Source: a virus. From it: a stretch of DNA of 42,164 bases. This document shows, in pieces, positions 16,943 to 23,932 of this stretch (position 1 is the stretch's first letter; each line of letters begins with the position of its first letter). The notes under the pieces are model-generated. The model was not told the origin of the DNA. It saw only the letters and a list, made by a program, of their open reading frames with translations, and ran no database searches. The translations under genes were made by a program, and so were the position numbers. The DNA lies in IMG/VR virus record IMGVR_UViG_3300011438_000009, positions 1-42,164 of that record; one strand, given 5' to 3'.

Positions 16943-18321
16943 AGCTGGATCCCCCTGCGGCGGTTCTCGTTCGGCGGCGGGATGGTCCAGCCGCGTTGTA
17001 TCGGTGCGGATATGACGCGCCGCGGCGCCGGCCTGTAGCCCTGCGCTAGGTAGCGGAACGCATCGGCCGGGTTCGATGACCAGTCGTGAAGTGGCTTCGG
17101 TGTGAAGCACTTGCGCTCATCGTCCCACTCCCGTCGATACTGCTCCAGCGCCGAGATGCCGCCGTCCTCACAGCGCGGGTGGAATACGCACAGCGGGAGT
17201 GCACGTCGCACGGCGTTAATTCCATCGTCGAGCGACGCGAGAGGAACAAGTATCGGCTTAAGGCCGAGCGAAGACATCGTTTCCACTCGTGTGCGTCCGC
17301 TGCCCCATTCTTTGACTTTGGCGTCGTGGGGGACGTAGGCAGATCCTCGTTTCCATCCATGCTCGACCTCCCGCTTCCTGATCACCTCGACGTAGTGTTC
17401 GAGGCCTTGGCCGCTGGCGGCGTAGTGGTCGAGCAGCACGAGCTGCGCGCCCTGCGACTGAAACCACCAGATCGAGGTGTCGTCGCCGACGCCGAGATCC
17501 CACGCCGTGTGCACGAACGCGTCAGGCAGCGCCTCGACGTCGAGGATGCGGCCTTCGTTGCGCACGTCGCGCATCTCGTGACCGTAGAACGTGCCGAGCA
17601 GCGCGGCGCTGAAGCTGCACATCATCTCCTGCTCGAACATCGCTGCGCCGGCGTCTTCACCGTACAGCGACTTGTATTCGGCTAGGGCTTCGGCAAGCGC
17701 CTCTGCGGAGAGGGCAGCAGTATCGTCTGCGGTGAGGATCTCGGCGAACCAGCCGGGCGTTCGAGCAGCGTGCTGGTACAGGGAAAGGAGATGATTGCGT
17801 CCTCGGGGAGTAGAGATCCAGCACGCCCAGCCTTTGTTCTCTTCCAGTATGGGCCGGTAGTATCCCCACGCGCTGGGGTTCGCGAGTGCATACTCGCTGA
17901 AGACGATGCCGGCGGTGGATGATCCGATGCCGCCTCCCGTGGTGACACTATCACTTCCGACCACCTGCCACGTCGAGCCGTTACGGAAACGGATGTGCAT
18001 GTCGTGTTCGCGCGTACTCTCACGCATCTGCTGTGGAAAAGCCTCATCGATGCGGCGCCTTCCTGTATGCGGGTTGACCGCGTCCCAGATCGCTTTGCGA
18101 CCCTGCGCGAACTCCGGCAACATATGCCAGTAATTGCCGACGCGCTCCAGCATCGCGATCGCGCTAGCGTGCAAGCAGACTTCGTCCTTGCCTGCGCGCC
18201 GATGCCATACCGCGACGGCGCGCTTGCCGCCGCGCATCAGGTAATTCCACAGACGCTGCTGATGCGGCCGCGGCTCCCAGCCGCGCGACGGTACAGCAAT
18301 GTCCGTGACCTCGTACATCAC
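16939..18321 (-). CDS. terL: Terminase large subunit
   Basis: Walker-A-like VWHRRAGKDE, followed by nuclease-half motifs. About 460 aa. The start is either GTG 18321 or ATG 18318, and both overlap the upstream stop. Confidence 0.9.
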   Translation of the reverse strand: MMYEVTDIAVPSRGWEPRPHQQRLWNYLMRGGKRAVAVWHRRAGKDEVCLHASAIAMLERVGNYWHMLPEFAQGRKAIWDAVNPHTGRRRIDEAFPQQMRESTREHDMHIRFRNGSTWQVVGSDSVTTGGGIGSSTAGIVFSEYALANPSAWGYYRPILEENKGWACWISTPRGRNHLLSLYQHAARTPGWFAEILTADDTAALSAEALAEALAEYKSLYGEDAGAAMFEQEMMCSFSAALLGTFYGHEMRDVRNEGRILDVEALPDAFVHTAWDLGVGDDTSIWWFQSQGAQLVLLDHYAASGQGLEHYVEVIRKREVEHGWKRGSAYVPHDAKVKEWGSGRTRVETMSSLGLKPILVPLASLDDGINAVRRALPLCVFHPRCEDGGISALEQYRREWDDERKCFTPKPLHDWSSNPADAFRYLAQGYRPAPRRVISAPIQRGWTIPPPNENRRRGIQL

Positions 18322-18548
18322 TCGTCCTCTTTGGTCAGCATCTTCCTTATGGTAATCCGAAGCTCGCCTTCGAGCTTCGCATCATGTGGTTGATTGGGCT
18401 TGCCCCAGCCGCGGTCCATCAACATGCCGATCGCGCGCATCTGTGTCTCGGGCTCGACGCCCTCGACAGCAGTGGCGAAGCCAGCCAGCTTCAGGACGTT
18501 GGCCTCGGTGAACGATCGGCACAGCGATCGCAGGCCAGCCTCGGTCAT
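18318..18548 (-). CDS. Putative small terminase or DNA-binding subunit (76 aa)
   Basis: ATG 18548 (MTEAGLRS..). The ..MLMDRGWGKPNQ.. motif recurs in small terminase-type proteins. It is coupled to TerL. The ORF-track N-terminal extension is R-rich junk. Confidence 0.45.
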   Translation of the reverse strand: MTEAGLRSLCRSFTEANVLKLAGFATAVEGVEPETQMRAIGMLMDRGWGKPNQPHDAKLEGELRITIRKMLTKEDE

Positions 18549-18567
18549 TGCGGGTTTTGGTTGGCTC

Positions 18568-18762
18568 CTAGGCACTTGGTTCGGGGGACACCCCTCCCTG
18601 TTCGACCTTGCGCATGCGCTGCTCCAGCTCCGCGGCCTTCTGCTCCAGCGGCAGGATCTCCGCATCGATCGCGGCGATCATCGCCACGAGATCGCGCTCA
18701 AGCTCGGCGCGCGTCTCGGCCTGCTTACTGGCGATCAACGCCTCGATCTTCATGCCGGCCAT
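18568..18762 (-). CDS. Small coiled-coil protein (64 aa)
   Basis: MAGMKIEALIASKQAETRAELERDLVAMIAAIDAEILPLEQKAAELEQRMRKVEQ.. There is no strong SD, and the longer ORF extending to 19146 overlaps other genes. Confidence 0.4.
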   Translation of the reverse strand: MAGMKIEALIASKQAETRAELERDLVAMIAAIDAEILPLEQKAAELEQRMRKVEQGGVSPEPSA

Positions 18763-18777
18763 GTTGCACTCAACGCA

Positions 18778-18828
18778 AGAGGGCGCGCACGGCGCCCGGA
18801 TGTGAAGCCGGGACCATACGCGCCCTCT
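18778..18828 (-). promoter_or_regulatory. Nested GC-rich stem-loop in the 83-nt gap after the HTH gene
   Basis: Outer arms agagggcgcg (18778-18787) and cgcgccctct (18819-18828). Inner arms cccgg (18795-18799) and ccggg (18808-18812). No U-tract on either strand. Confidence 0.35.
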
Positions 18829-18845
18829 GCGGGGGCGTCTAGGTT

Positions 18846-19070
18846 TCAGGGCCGTCTGGGCGGCACCAGCGGCCGCAGCCGATGGGTGATCATGCAGTTG
18901 AGCAGCAGCACGGTCGCCGCGGGGACGTCGCGCTCGCCGCGCAAATAGCGCCGCATGGTGCGGTCGGAAACGCCGAGGAAGCGGCCGGCGGCCGCGGGCT
19001 TGATCCGCAGCGCGGCGATCGCCAGACGCAACGCGTCTGGCGACATCGTTCTTGTATGCTGCCAGCTCAT
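18846..19070 (-). CDS. Small HTH DNA-binding protein (74 aa)
   Basis: MSWQHTRTMSPDALRLAIAALRIKPAAAGRFLGVSDRTMRRYLRGERDVPAATVLLL.. This is a classic short HTH pattern (LGVSxRTxRRw). ATG 19070 overlaps the upstream stop (ATGA). Confidence 0.65.
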   Translation of the reverse strand: MSWQHTRTMSPDALRLAIAALRIKPAAAGRFLGVSDRTMRRYLRGERDVPAATVLLLNCMITHRLRPLVPPRRP

Positions 19071-19417
19071 GCCGGCACCTTGGCGAACCGCTTGGCGTTG
19101 GTTTTGCGGGCGTTCCTGATGCGCTTGGCGACGACGGCCTGCGCATCCTCGATCGAGGCCACCACCACGCGGTTGAACGCCGGGCCGTACCGCTTGCCGT
19201 CGCGGGTCGGCGACCCCCACACCTCGATGAAGGTCATGGGATCGCCCTCCTCGCGGGAATAGTAGCCCCAGCGGGCCTCCTGATCCGACAGCGGGGTGTA
19301 GGTGCCGGCGCGGATCTCCCACTGATAGCCGACGACGCGGCTCTTCTTGTCGCGGATGTCGAAAGCCTCGCGGCCCGTGTCGATCGGAGTGGTCTTGCGG
19401 TCGCATTTGATGGTCAT
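19067..19417 (-). CDS. Hypothetical 116-aa protein, first gene of the leftward train
   Basis: ATG 19417 with GGAAGG 8 nt upstream. No family recognised. Confidence 0.75.
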   Translation of the reverse strand: MTIKCDRKTTPIDTGREAFDIRDKKSRVVGYQWEIRAGTYTPLSDQEARWGYYSREEGDPMTFIEVWGSPTRDGKRYGPAFNRVVVASIEDAQAVVAKRIRNARKTNAKRFAKVPA

Positions 19418-19433
19418 TGTGTGGTCCTTCCCG

Positions 19434-19459
19434 TTTCAAACAGCGGATGCCGTTTGAAA
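19434..19459. promoter_or_regulatory. Perfect 8-bp inverted repeat TTTCAAAC-N10-GTTTGAAA (candidate operator overlapping the leftward transcription start)
   Basis: Arms at 19434-19441 and 19452-19459. It begins 3 nt downstream of the leftward -10 element. Confidence 0.45.
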
Positions 19460-19461
19460 GT

Positions 19462-19490
19462 ACAATATGACCAACGGTCCGAGACGTCAA
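19462..19490 (-). promoter_or_regulatory. Sigma70-like leftward promoter
   Basis: On the minus strand: TTGACG (19490..19485), a 17-nt spacer, then TATTGT (19467..19462). Confidence 0.5.
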
Positions 19491-19523
19491 TTGCTTTTCT
19501 TCAATCTAATTGATAATTGCCCA

Positions 19524-19552
19524 TTGACGGATCCGGCCCGCCGGTCCATATT
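19524..19552 (+). promoter_or_regulatory. Sigma70-like rightward promoter
   Basis: TTGACG (19524-19529), a 17-nt spacer, then CATATT (19547-19552). Both divergent promoters read ATTGACG...GGTC(C)ATATTG. Confidence 0.5.
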
Positions 19553-19588
19553 GCGATCACTGAAGCGAACCACACAACGGAGACGACC

Positions 19589-19906
19589 ATGACCAACCTC
19601 AACGCCACGATCGACGCCTACGCCGCCCTCAAGACCCAGATCGGCCAGCTGGAGCTGCAGAAGAAGGCGCTCGAAGCTGCGCTGGCCGACCTCGCCCCCG
19701 GCGCCTACGAAAGCGACCACTACCGCCTCGCCATATCCGAAAGCGACCGCGAGGCGCCCGATGCGGAACTCAAGGCGGAGATCGCCGAGGTGGTCGAGGC
19801 CTACCGGGCTCGCCTGTCCCGGCAGTACCTGACCGCCCACACCGTGACCACCACGGTGCGCGCCCACAGGGTGTCCCTGCCGACCGGCAAGAACCTCGCC
19901 GCCTGA
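19589..19906 (+). CDS. Hypothetical 105-aa coiled-coil protein
   Basis: ATG 19589 with GGAGA 7 nt upstream. The ORF-track start at 19517 lies inside the promoter. Confidence 0.75.
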   Translation: MTNLNATIDAYAALKTQIGQLELQKKALEAALADLAPGAYESDHYRLAISESDREAPDAELKAEIAEVVEAYRARLSRQYLTAHTVTTTVRAHRVSLPTGKNLAA

Positions 19907-20085
19907 TGACACGCGAGGAGCTGAAGACCCGCATCGCACAGCTGGAGGAGCTGCTCAGGCGCCTCCAGCCGATCCCCAGACCCCACCCAACCGGAGCACC
20001 ACACAATGTCCAAGCCCCTCAACGATGCCCTCGACAACCTCTTCGCCGGCGATACCGGCGAAGTTCGTACCGCCCCCGTCCGTGA
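19906..20085 (+). CDS. Possible 59-aa ORF (MTREELKTRIAQLEELLRRLQPIPRP..)
   Basis: TGATG overlap with the upstream stop. The first roughly 33 codons fill an otherwise empty 100-nt gap and have G/C-rich third positions. The last 80 nt overlap the next gene out of frame. Confidence 0.3.
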   Translation: MTREELKTRIAQLEELLRRLQPIPRPHPTGAPHNVQAPQRCPRQPLRRRYRRSSYRPRP

Positions 20086-20920
20086 GGCGCCCGCCTTCAC
20101 CCCGGCCACCACCCGCTTCGAGGAAGGCTGCCCGAAGTGCCGCGGCACCGGCCGCTTCGTGTCCTACTCCGGCCGCGTGCTCGGCGAGTGCTTCACCTGC
20201 AAGGGTGCCGGCAAGCGCACCTTCAAGAACAGCTCCGCCGATCGCGCCGCCGCCCGCGGCAAGGCCGCCGACCGCAAGGTCCGCACCGAGGAAGAGACGC
20301 TGGCCGCCTTCGCCGCCGCCAACCCGGCCGCCCATGCTTGGCTGGTCACCACCGCACCCCGCTGGGAGGTCGCCCGCGACCTGCTCGCCGGCGTCGTCCG
20401 CTTCGGATCCCTGACCGAGAAGCAAATGGACATCGTCGAGCGTGGCATCGAGCGCGATCGGGCCTACGCCGCCAACAGGGCCGACCACGCCGCAGCGGCG
20501 GCCGCTGGTGCGTCCGTTGTCGACACGGCAGGGATTGACCGCCTCAAGGCCGCCTTCGATCAGGCGGTCGCCTACACCGCCGCCAAGGGCCTCAAGCTGT
20601 CGCCGAAGATCACGATCGGCGGCATGACCATCTCGCCGGCCAAGGCCGCCTCCGCCAATCCCGGCGCCCTGTACGTCAAGCAGTCCGGCGGCGACCGTAC
20701 CTACCTTGGCAAGATCGCGCAGGGCCGCTTCTTCGCCGCCCGAGAGTGCACGCCGGCCGACGCCGCCAAGGTGCAGGCCTTCGTGGCGGATCCGGCCGAG
20801 GCGGCCAAGGTCTACGGCCAGACCACGGGCACCTGCTGCATCTGCAACGCCACCCTCCGCTCGGAGTGGAAGCACCGCGGCATCGGGCCGGTGTGCGCCG
20901 AGAAGTTCGGCTGGTCGTAA
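20006..20920 (+). CDS. Zinc-finger protein: two DnaJ-type CxxCxGxG motifs at the N-terminus and a DUF6011-like Cys motif at the C-terminus (304 aa)
   Basis: CPKCRGTG and CFTCKGAG at the N-terminus. The C-terminus reads GTCCICNATLRSEWKHRGIGPVCAEKFGW. No in-frame upstream start precedes ATG 20006 back to the stop at 19922. Confidence 0.8.
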   Translation: MSKPLNDALDNLFAGDTGEVRTAPVREAPAFTPATTRFEEGCPKCRGTGRFVSYSGRVLGECFTCKGAGKRTFKNSSADRAAARGKAADRKVRTEEETLAAFAAANPAAHAWLVTTAPRWEVARDLLAGVVRFGSLTEKQMDIVERGIERDRAYAANRADHAAAAAAGASVVDTAGIDRLKAAFDQAVAYTAAKGLKLSPKITIGGMTISPAKAASANPGALYVKQSGGDRTYLGKIAQGRFFAARECTPADAAKVQAFVADPAEAAKVYGQTTGTCCICNATLRSEWKHRGIGPVCAEKFGWS

Positions 20921-20952
20921 CCCTTCCGATCTCTTCCGATCTCGTCTTGACA

Positions 20953-20977
20953 GGCCCCGCCATCGGCGGGGCCTTTT
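20953..20977 (+). terminator. Rho-independent terminator of unit B
   Basis: ggccccgcc (20953-20961), loop atc, ggcggggcc (20965-20973), then TTTT (20974-20977). It lies at the convergent junction with the minus-strand gene that ends at 20977. Confidence 0.75.
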
Positions 20978-21234
20978 CACTTCCTGCTGGCCATGTAGGT
21001 AGCGAACGTCTCGTTCAGGTCGTCGCCACCCTCCCCCTCATCGACCACGTAGAAGTTACGCTCGCCCTTCGGGCACTCCTCCGCCAGCATGGCGCCGCCG
21101 CGCCGGGCGGAGGCGTCACTGACACCGAACACCTCGACCTCGTGACCGCACCTGTCGCACGTCACCACCAGCCCCTTAACGAGCCCGTGGTCCCCCTCCA
21201 GTTCCGTCTCGTCCGCCGTCGCCTCAACGCGCAT
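20977..21234 (-). CDS. Small acidic protein (85 aa) with CxxC..C motif
   Basis: ATG 21234 (MRVEATADE..) with AGGAGGG 5 nt upstream. The ORF-track start at 21297 lies in non-coding DNA. Confidence 0.65.
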   Translation of the reverse strand: MRVEATADETELEGDHGLVKGLVVTCDRCGHEVEVFGVSDASARRGGAMLAEECPKGERNFYVVDEGEGGDDLNETFATYMASRK

Positions 21235-21299
21235 GGAACCCTCCTGTTTGCCCTCGACAATTGCCCTCAGCCCTCGAAAACAGGGGGTGATAGGCAACG

Positions 21300-21372
21300 C
21301 GCCATATAAACTGCATTACCACTATAATACCTCTACACTATGTATATATACATATCCTTTTATATAGTTAAG
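21300..21372. other. AT-rich island with a 16-bp perfect palindrome (candidate DNA-unwinding element or origin core)
   Basis: Sequence: ccatataaactgcattaccactataatacctctacactatgtatatatacatatccttttatatagtta. The palindrome tatgtatatatacata is at 21339-21354. This is the only strongly AT-rich stretch in the window. Confidence 0.5.
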
Positions 21373-21373
21373 T

Positions 21374-21467
21374 GGAGGGCAGTCGGAGGCAGATCGCTGC
21401 TAAGGCACTGGTGGAACCGTTCTTTTCAGCTGCCCCCGATGACTGCCCTCGGCCTGCCCTTGCCCTT
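21374..21467. repeat. Cluster of CTGCCC/GGGCAG short repeats plus a 10-bp inverted repeat
   Basis: GGAGGGCAG at 21374-21382 and GGAGGCAG at 21385-21392. CTGCCCCC at 21430-21437, CTGCCCTC at 21443-21450, CTGCCCT at 21454-21460 and TGCCCTT at 21461-21467. The inverted repeat is gagggcagtc (21375-21384) with gactgccctc (21441-21450). Three further GCCCTC copies lie at 21250, 21263 and 21270. Confidence 0.6.
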
Positions 21468-23857
21468 CACTTCGGCTTCAGTTCGATGATCTGGGCCGCC
21501 AGCCCGGTCGGTTGACCCAGCTGTTCCAGCCTTTTACGGGTGCCCTCGACATTCCGGCGAGCTATTTCCTCATCGATTACCCCTACCTTGGCACCTCTCC
21601 AACATAACACCCAATGCCGGCCCGCCGACGGCGTTAATCGATAGTCGTTCAACTTCTGGGATGCACTCCTGAGCTTGCGCCGGATCGCTGTCTCGACCGC
21701 CTCGCCGGCGTGCTCCAGCTCCCCTAGCACCGCCAGCCGCACCATCTCGCCGGTGAACAGGCCGTGCGGTCCGATCGCCCGCCGTACCTTGTCGAAGGCG
21801 TCGTCGATCTCGCTGCGCGCCAGCTCCTGCATCAGCGCCTTGGTCTCGGTCGGCAGCGGCGCATATGCGTTGAAGTGCGTCAGGTCCCGGGCGTCCAGCC
21901 ATGCTGATAAGGCAGCGATGTTGCCGGGCTCCTCCATCCACGCCTCCAGCTCGATCGCCATAGTGGTTGGCATCTGCACGCCGTTGCGCAGCACGGTAGC
22001 CCGGCGATCGTCCGGCGGCAGCTGGATGGCGTCGAAGTTGTTGGAGAAGATGTGGTAGCTGGTGAAGGCTGTCGCCTTGAAGGACGGCAGGCTCTTGCAG
22101 GTGAACATACGTTCCACCGGCCGCGGGTCGACGATCTCCTTGATCCGCTCATACACCGCCCGGCGCTCAGTCCAGCGCCCGGCATCGGCGCTGTCCTTGG
22201 CCTCGCTGACGGTGACGAGAAGCGAGTAGGCCATCCAGTCGGTGTAGACGGCCTGCGCCGACTTGCCGGAGAACACGTCGAAGTCGATGGTTTGGACATA
22301 CTCGGCCCCGAACAGGCGCCCCAGCACGCCGCGCAGCATGCCGCGCCCGGCGCCGTAGATCGGCCCCTCCTCGCTGGCGGCCACCATGATGACGGCCACC
22401 CCGGGAATAGCCGGGTGGCGGTGCTTGTGAGCCAGCCAGTCGAGATACCAGCCGCGCTCGACCGGGTCCGGCAGCAGGTGTTCCATGAAGCGGTGCCAGA
22501 CCTCGGCATTCCCGCTACCGATATGTCGAGGCCGCCGGTACGTGTTCTTGTACAGGCGGTCATTCTCCGCGTAGACCGGGAACGGCTGGTCAGGCCGCAG
22601 CCGGACGCCCTCCAGCGTCAATCGGCTGCTGTGCAGCTCCCAGCCTGATGTGGCGTAGGCGTTGTTCTCACCGCCCCGAGGCCCGATCGTGGTGACGTAC
22701 CATGGCCGGAACGCGAACTGGAACGCGATGCGCCGGGTCTGGCAGTCCTCGCCGGCCTTGTGCAGCTCGATCACGCGATCGGTCTGCTCGCAATAGGCTC
22801 GAGTTTGCAGCAGCCACGACACCTTATCGGACAAAGCCGCCTTGTCGTCCGGGCGGGGCGGTTCGACCACCTCCGGCGCCGGCGGCAGGATGGCCTGCAT
22901 CTGTTCGGCGAACGCGGCCGGATCCGGCGGCGCAAACTGCTTGGGGTAATGCGTCGCGTCGTTCTCGTAGTCGTACACCATGATGCAGTCGTGCAGCGGC
23001 GACCAGCCGACGTGGCAGCGCGAGCGGTTCTGGTGCGGGATGCCCTCGAAGAACGTCGCCGAGCAGCGCATGCCCTCGACCAGCTCCTCATAGGCCAGCG
23101 GCTCGCCGCCGCCCAGTATGTCAAAGCGCGTCGTCTCCTCGTCGATGTCATAGGTCCGCGCCCCGTCCGCCGTGCCGCCGGGCGACGTCGCCTGCCGGAC
23201 CCAGCCGGCCTCGCCGGCGAGCACATCGAAGGCGTCCGCGATCGCCGCCGCCTGCTTGCGTGTGATGCGCGGCAAGTTAGCGTGCGGGATCTCGTGCAGG
23301 GCCGGCACCGCCTGATCCCACCAATAGTGCGCCGCCACGGACCCGTCCGCTGCGTAGCTGTGAGGCCCGTAGATGCCGAACTGGCGGGAACATCTATCCC
23401 CCTTCAGCCGGCCGCCGCCGAAGATCTCGACGCAGTGGCCGTCCTCGCCATACTTGTGGCTGGCGAGGCGCCGGAACGCCTCCTCACCGTCGGCCAGCCG
23501 GCAGAACAGCGCGCGCTTGTACTTGGAGGCGCCGTAGCGCGTCGGCGCGCGGGCGTGCACCTCCGGGGCGATGTCGGCGATCGCCGACATGACGTCGTCC
23601 GCCAGCGCGTCGTCGACGTCGAGGTCGAGCACGACCATGTCGTCCTGCCGCACGCCGGTCGACAGCGCCTGCGGCCAGCGCCGCGGCCAGCGCGCCATCA
23701 TGTCCGCGACCGAGCCCCGCGGGCCGTCCGTCAGCTCGCGCAGGACGAAGTCCGGCGTGTTCCACCCCTTGACCGCGGGGACCTTTCCGATATTCGGAAT
23801 TACATGGTAGCCGAGGGCGTGGAGTTGCGCGCGCAGCGCGGAGAGGCTAGATGTCAT
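21467..23857 (-). CDS. Bifunctional primase-polymerase (AEP/PrimPol N-terminus) fused to a P4/D5/VirE-type NTPase-helicase region (796 aa)
   Basis: The N-terminus reads ..LGYHVIPNIGKVPAVKGWNT.. followed by VVLDLDVDD (DxD). The C-terminal half reads ..AIPGVAVIMVAASEEGPIYGAGRGML.. with downstream DUF5906/VirE-like strings. Confidence 0.85.
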   Translation of the reverse strand: MTSSLSALRAQLHALGYHVIPNIGKVPAVKGWNTPDFVLRELTDGPRGSVADMMARWPRRWPQALSTGVRQDDMVVLDLDVDDALADDVMSAIADIAPEVHARAPTRYGASKYKRALFCRLADGEEAFRRLASHKYGEDGHCVEIFGGGRLKGDRCSRQFGIYGPHSYAADGSVAAHYWWDQAVPALHEIPHANLPRITRKQAAAIADAFDVLAGEAGWVRQATSPGGTADGARTYDIDEETTRFDILGGGEPLAYEELVEGMRCSATFFEGIPHQNRSRCHVGWSPLHDCIMVYDYENDATHYPKQFAPPDPAAFAEQMQAILPPAPEVVEPPRPDDKAALSDKVSWLLQTRAYCEQTDRVIELHKAGEDCQTRRIAFQFAFRPWYVTTIGPRGGENNAYATSGWELHSSRLTLEGVRLRPDQPFPVYAENDRLYKNTYRRPRHIGSGNAEVWHRFMEHLLPDPVERGWYLDWLAHKHRHPAIPGVAVIMVAASEEGPIYGAGRGMLRGVLGRLFGAEYVQTIDFDVFSGKSAQAVYTDWMAYSLLVTVSEAKDSADAGRWTERRAVYERIKEIVDPRPVERMFTCKSLPSFKATAFTSYHIFSNNFDAIQLPPDDRRATVLRNGVQMPTTMAIELEAWMEEPGNIAALSAWLDARDLTHFNAYAPLPTETKALMQELARSEIDDAFDKVRRAIGPHGLFTGEMVRLAVLGELEHAGEAVETAIRRKLRSASQKLNDYRLTPSAGRHWVLCWRGAKVGVIDEEIARRNVEGTRKRLEQLGQPTGLAAQIIELKPK

Positions 23858-23894
23858 TTGTGTCTGGTTCCTATGTCAAGGATGGGGACAGATT

Positions 23895-23924
23895 GGGGTC
23901 GCGGCGTGGATGCGCCGCGGCCCC
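23895..23924 (+). terminator. Plus-oriented terminator-like hairpin inside a minus-strand operon
   Basis: ggggtcgcggcg (23895-23906), loop tggatg, cgccgcggcccc (23913-23924), followed by ttcgtttgt. The single non-Watson-Crick position is a G-U wobble in the plus-strand RNA but a C-A mismatch in the minus-strand RNA. Confidence 0.45.
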
Positions 23925-23932
23925 TTCGTTTG

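Noticed and set aside
20923-20942. 10-bp tandem duplication cttccgatct x2 downstream of gene 20006..20920
   Set aside because: It is real but minimal (two copies) and lies between a stop codon and the terminator. No function can be inferred.
20946-20951. TTGACA just before the terminator hairpin
   Set aside because: The sequence at -10 distance is ggcctt, inside the hairpin. No gene follows on the plus strand.
21323-21328. A perfect TATAAT on the plus strand in the AT-rich island, considered as a standalone promoter
   Set aside because: No acceptable -35 element exists at 16-18 nt (the sequence there is cgccat). It is mentioned only as a possible source of antisense transcription.
21375-21450. 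A 76-nt element closed by a 10-bp inverted repeat, considered as a possible tRNA
   Set aside because: Neither strand shows a 7-bp acceptor stem with U8, a D-loop GG, or a T-loop GTTCRA at the right positions. I kept it only as part of the repeat and origin-candidate region.
23874-23879. TTGACA on the minus strand upstream of the primase gene
   Set aside because: It lies only 16 nt from the ATG, so there is no room for a -10 element and a leader.
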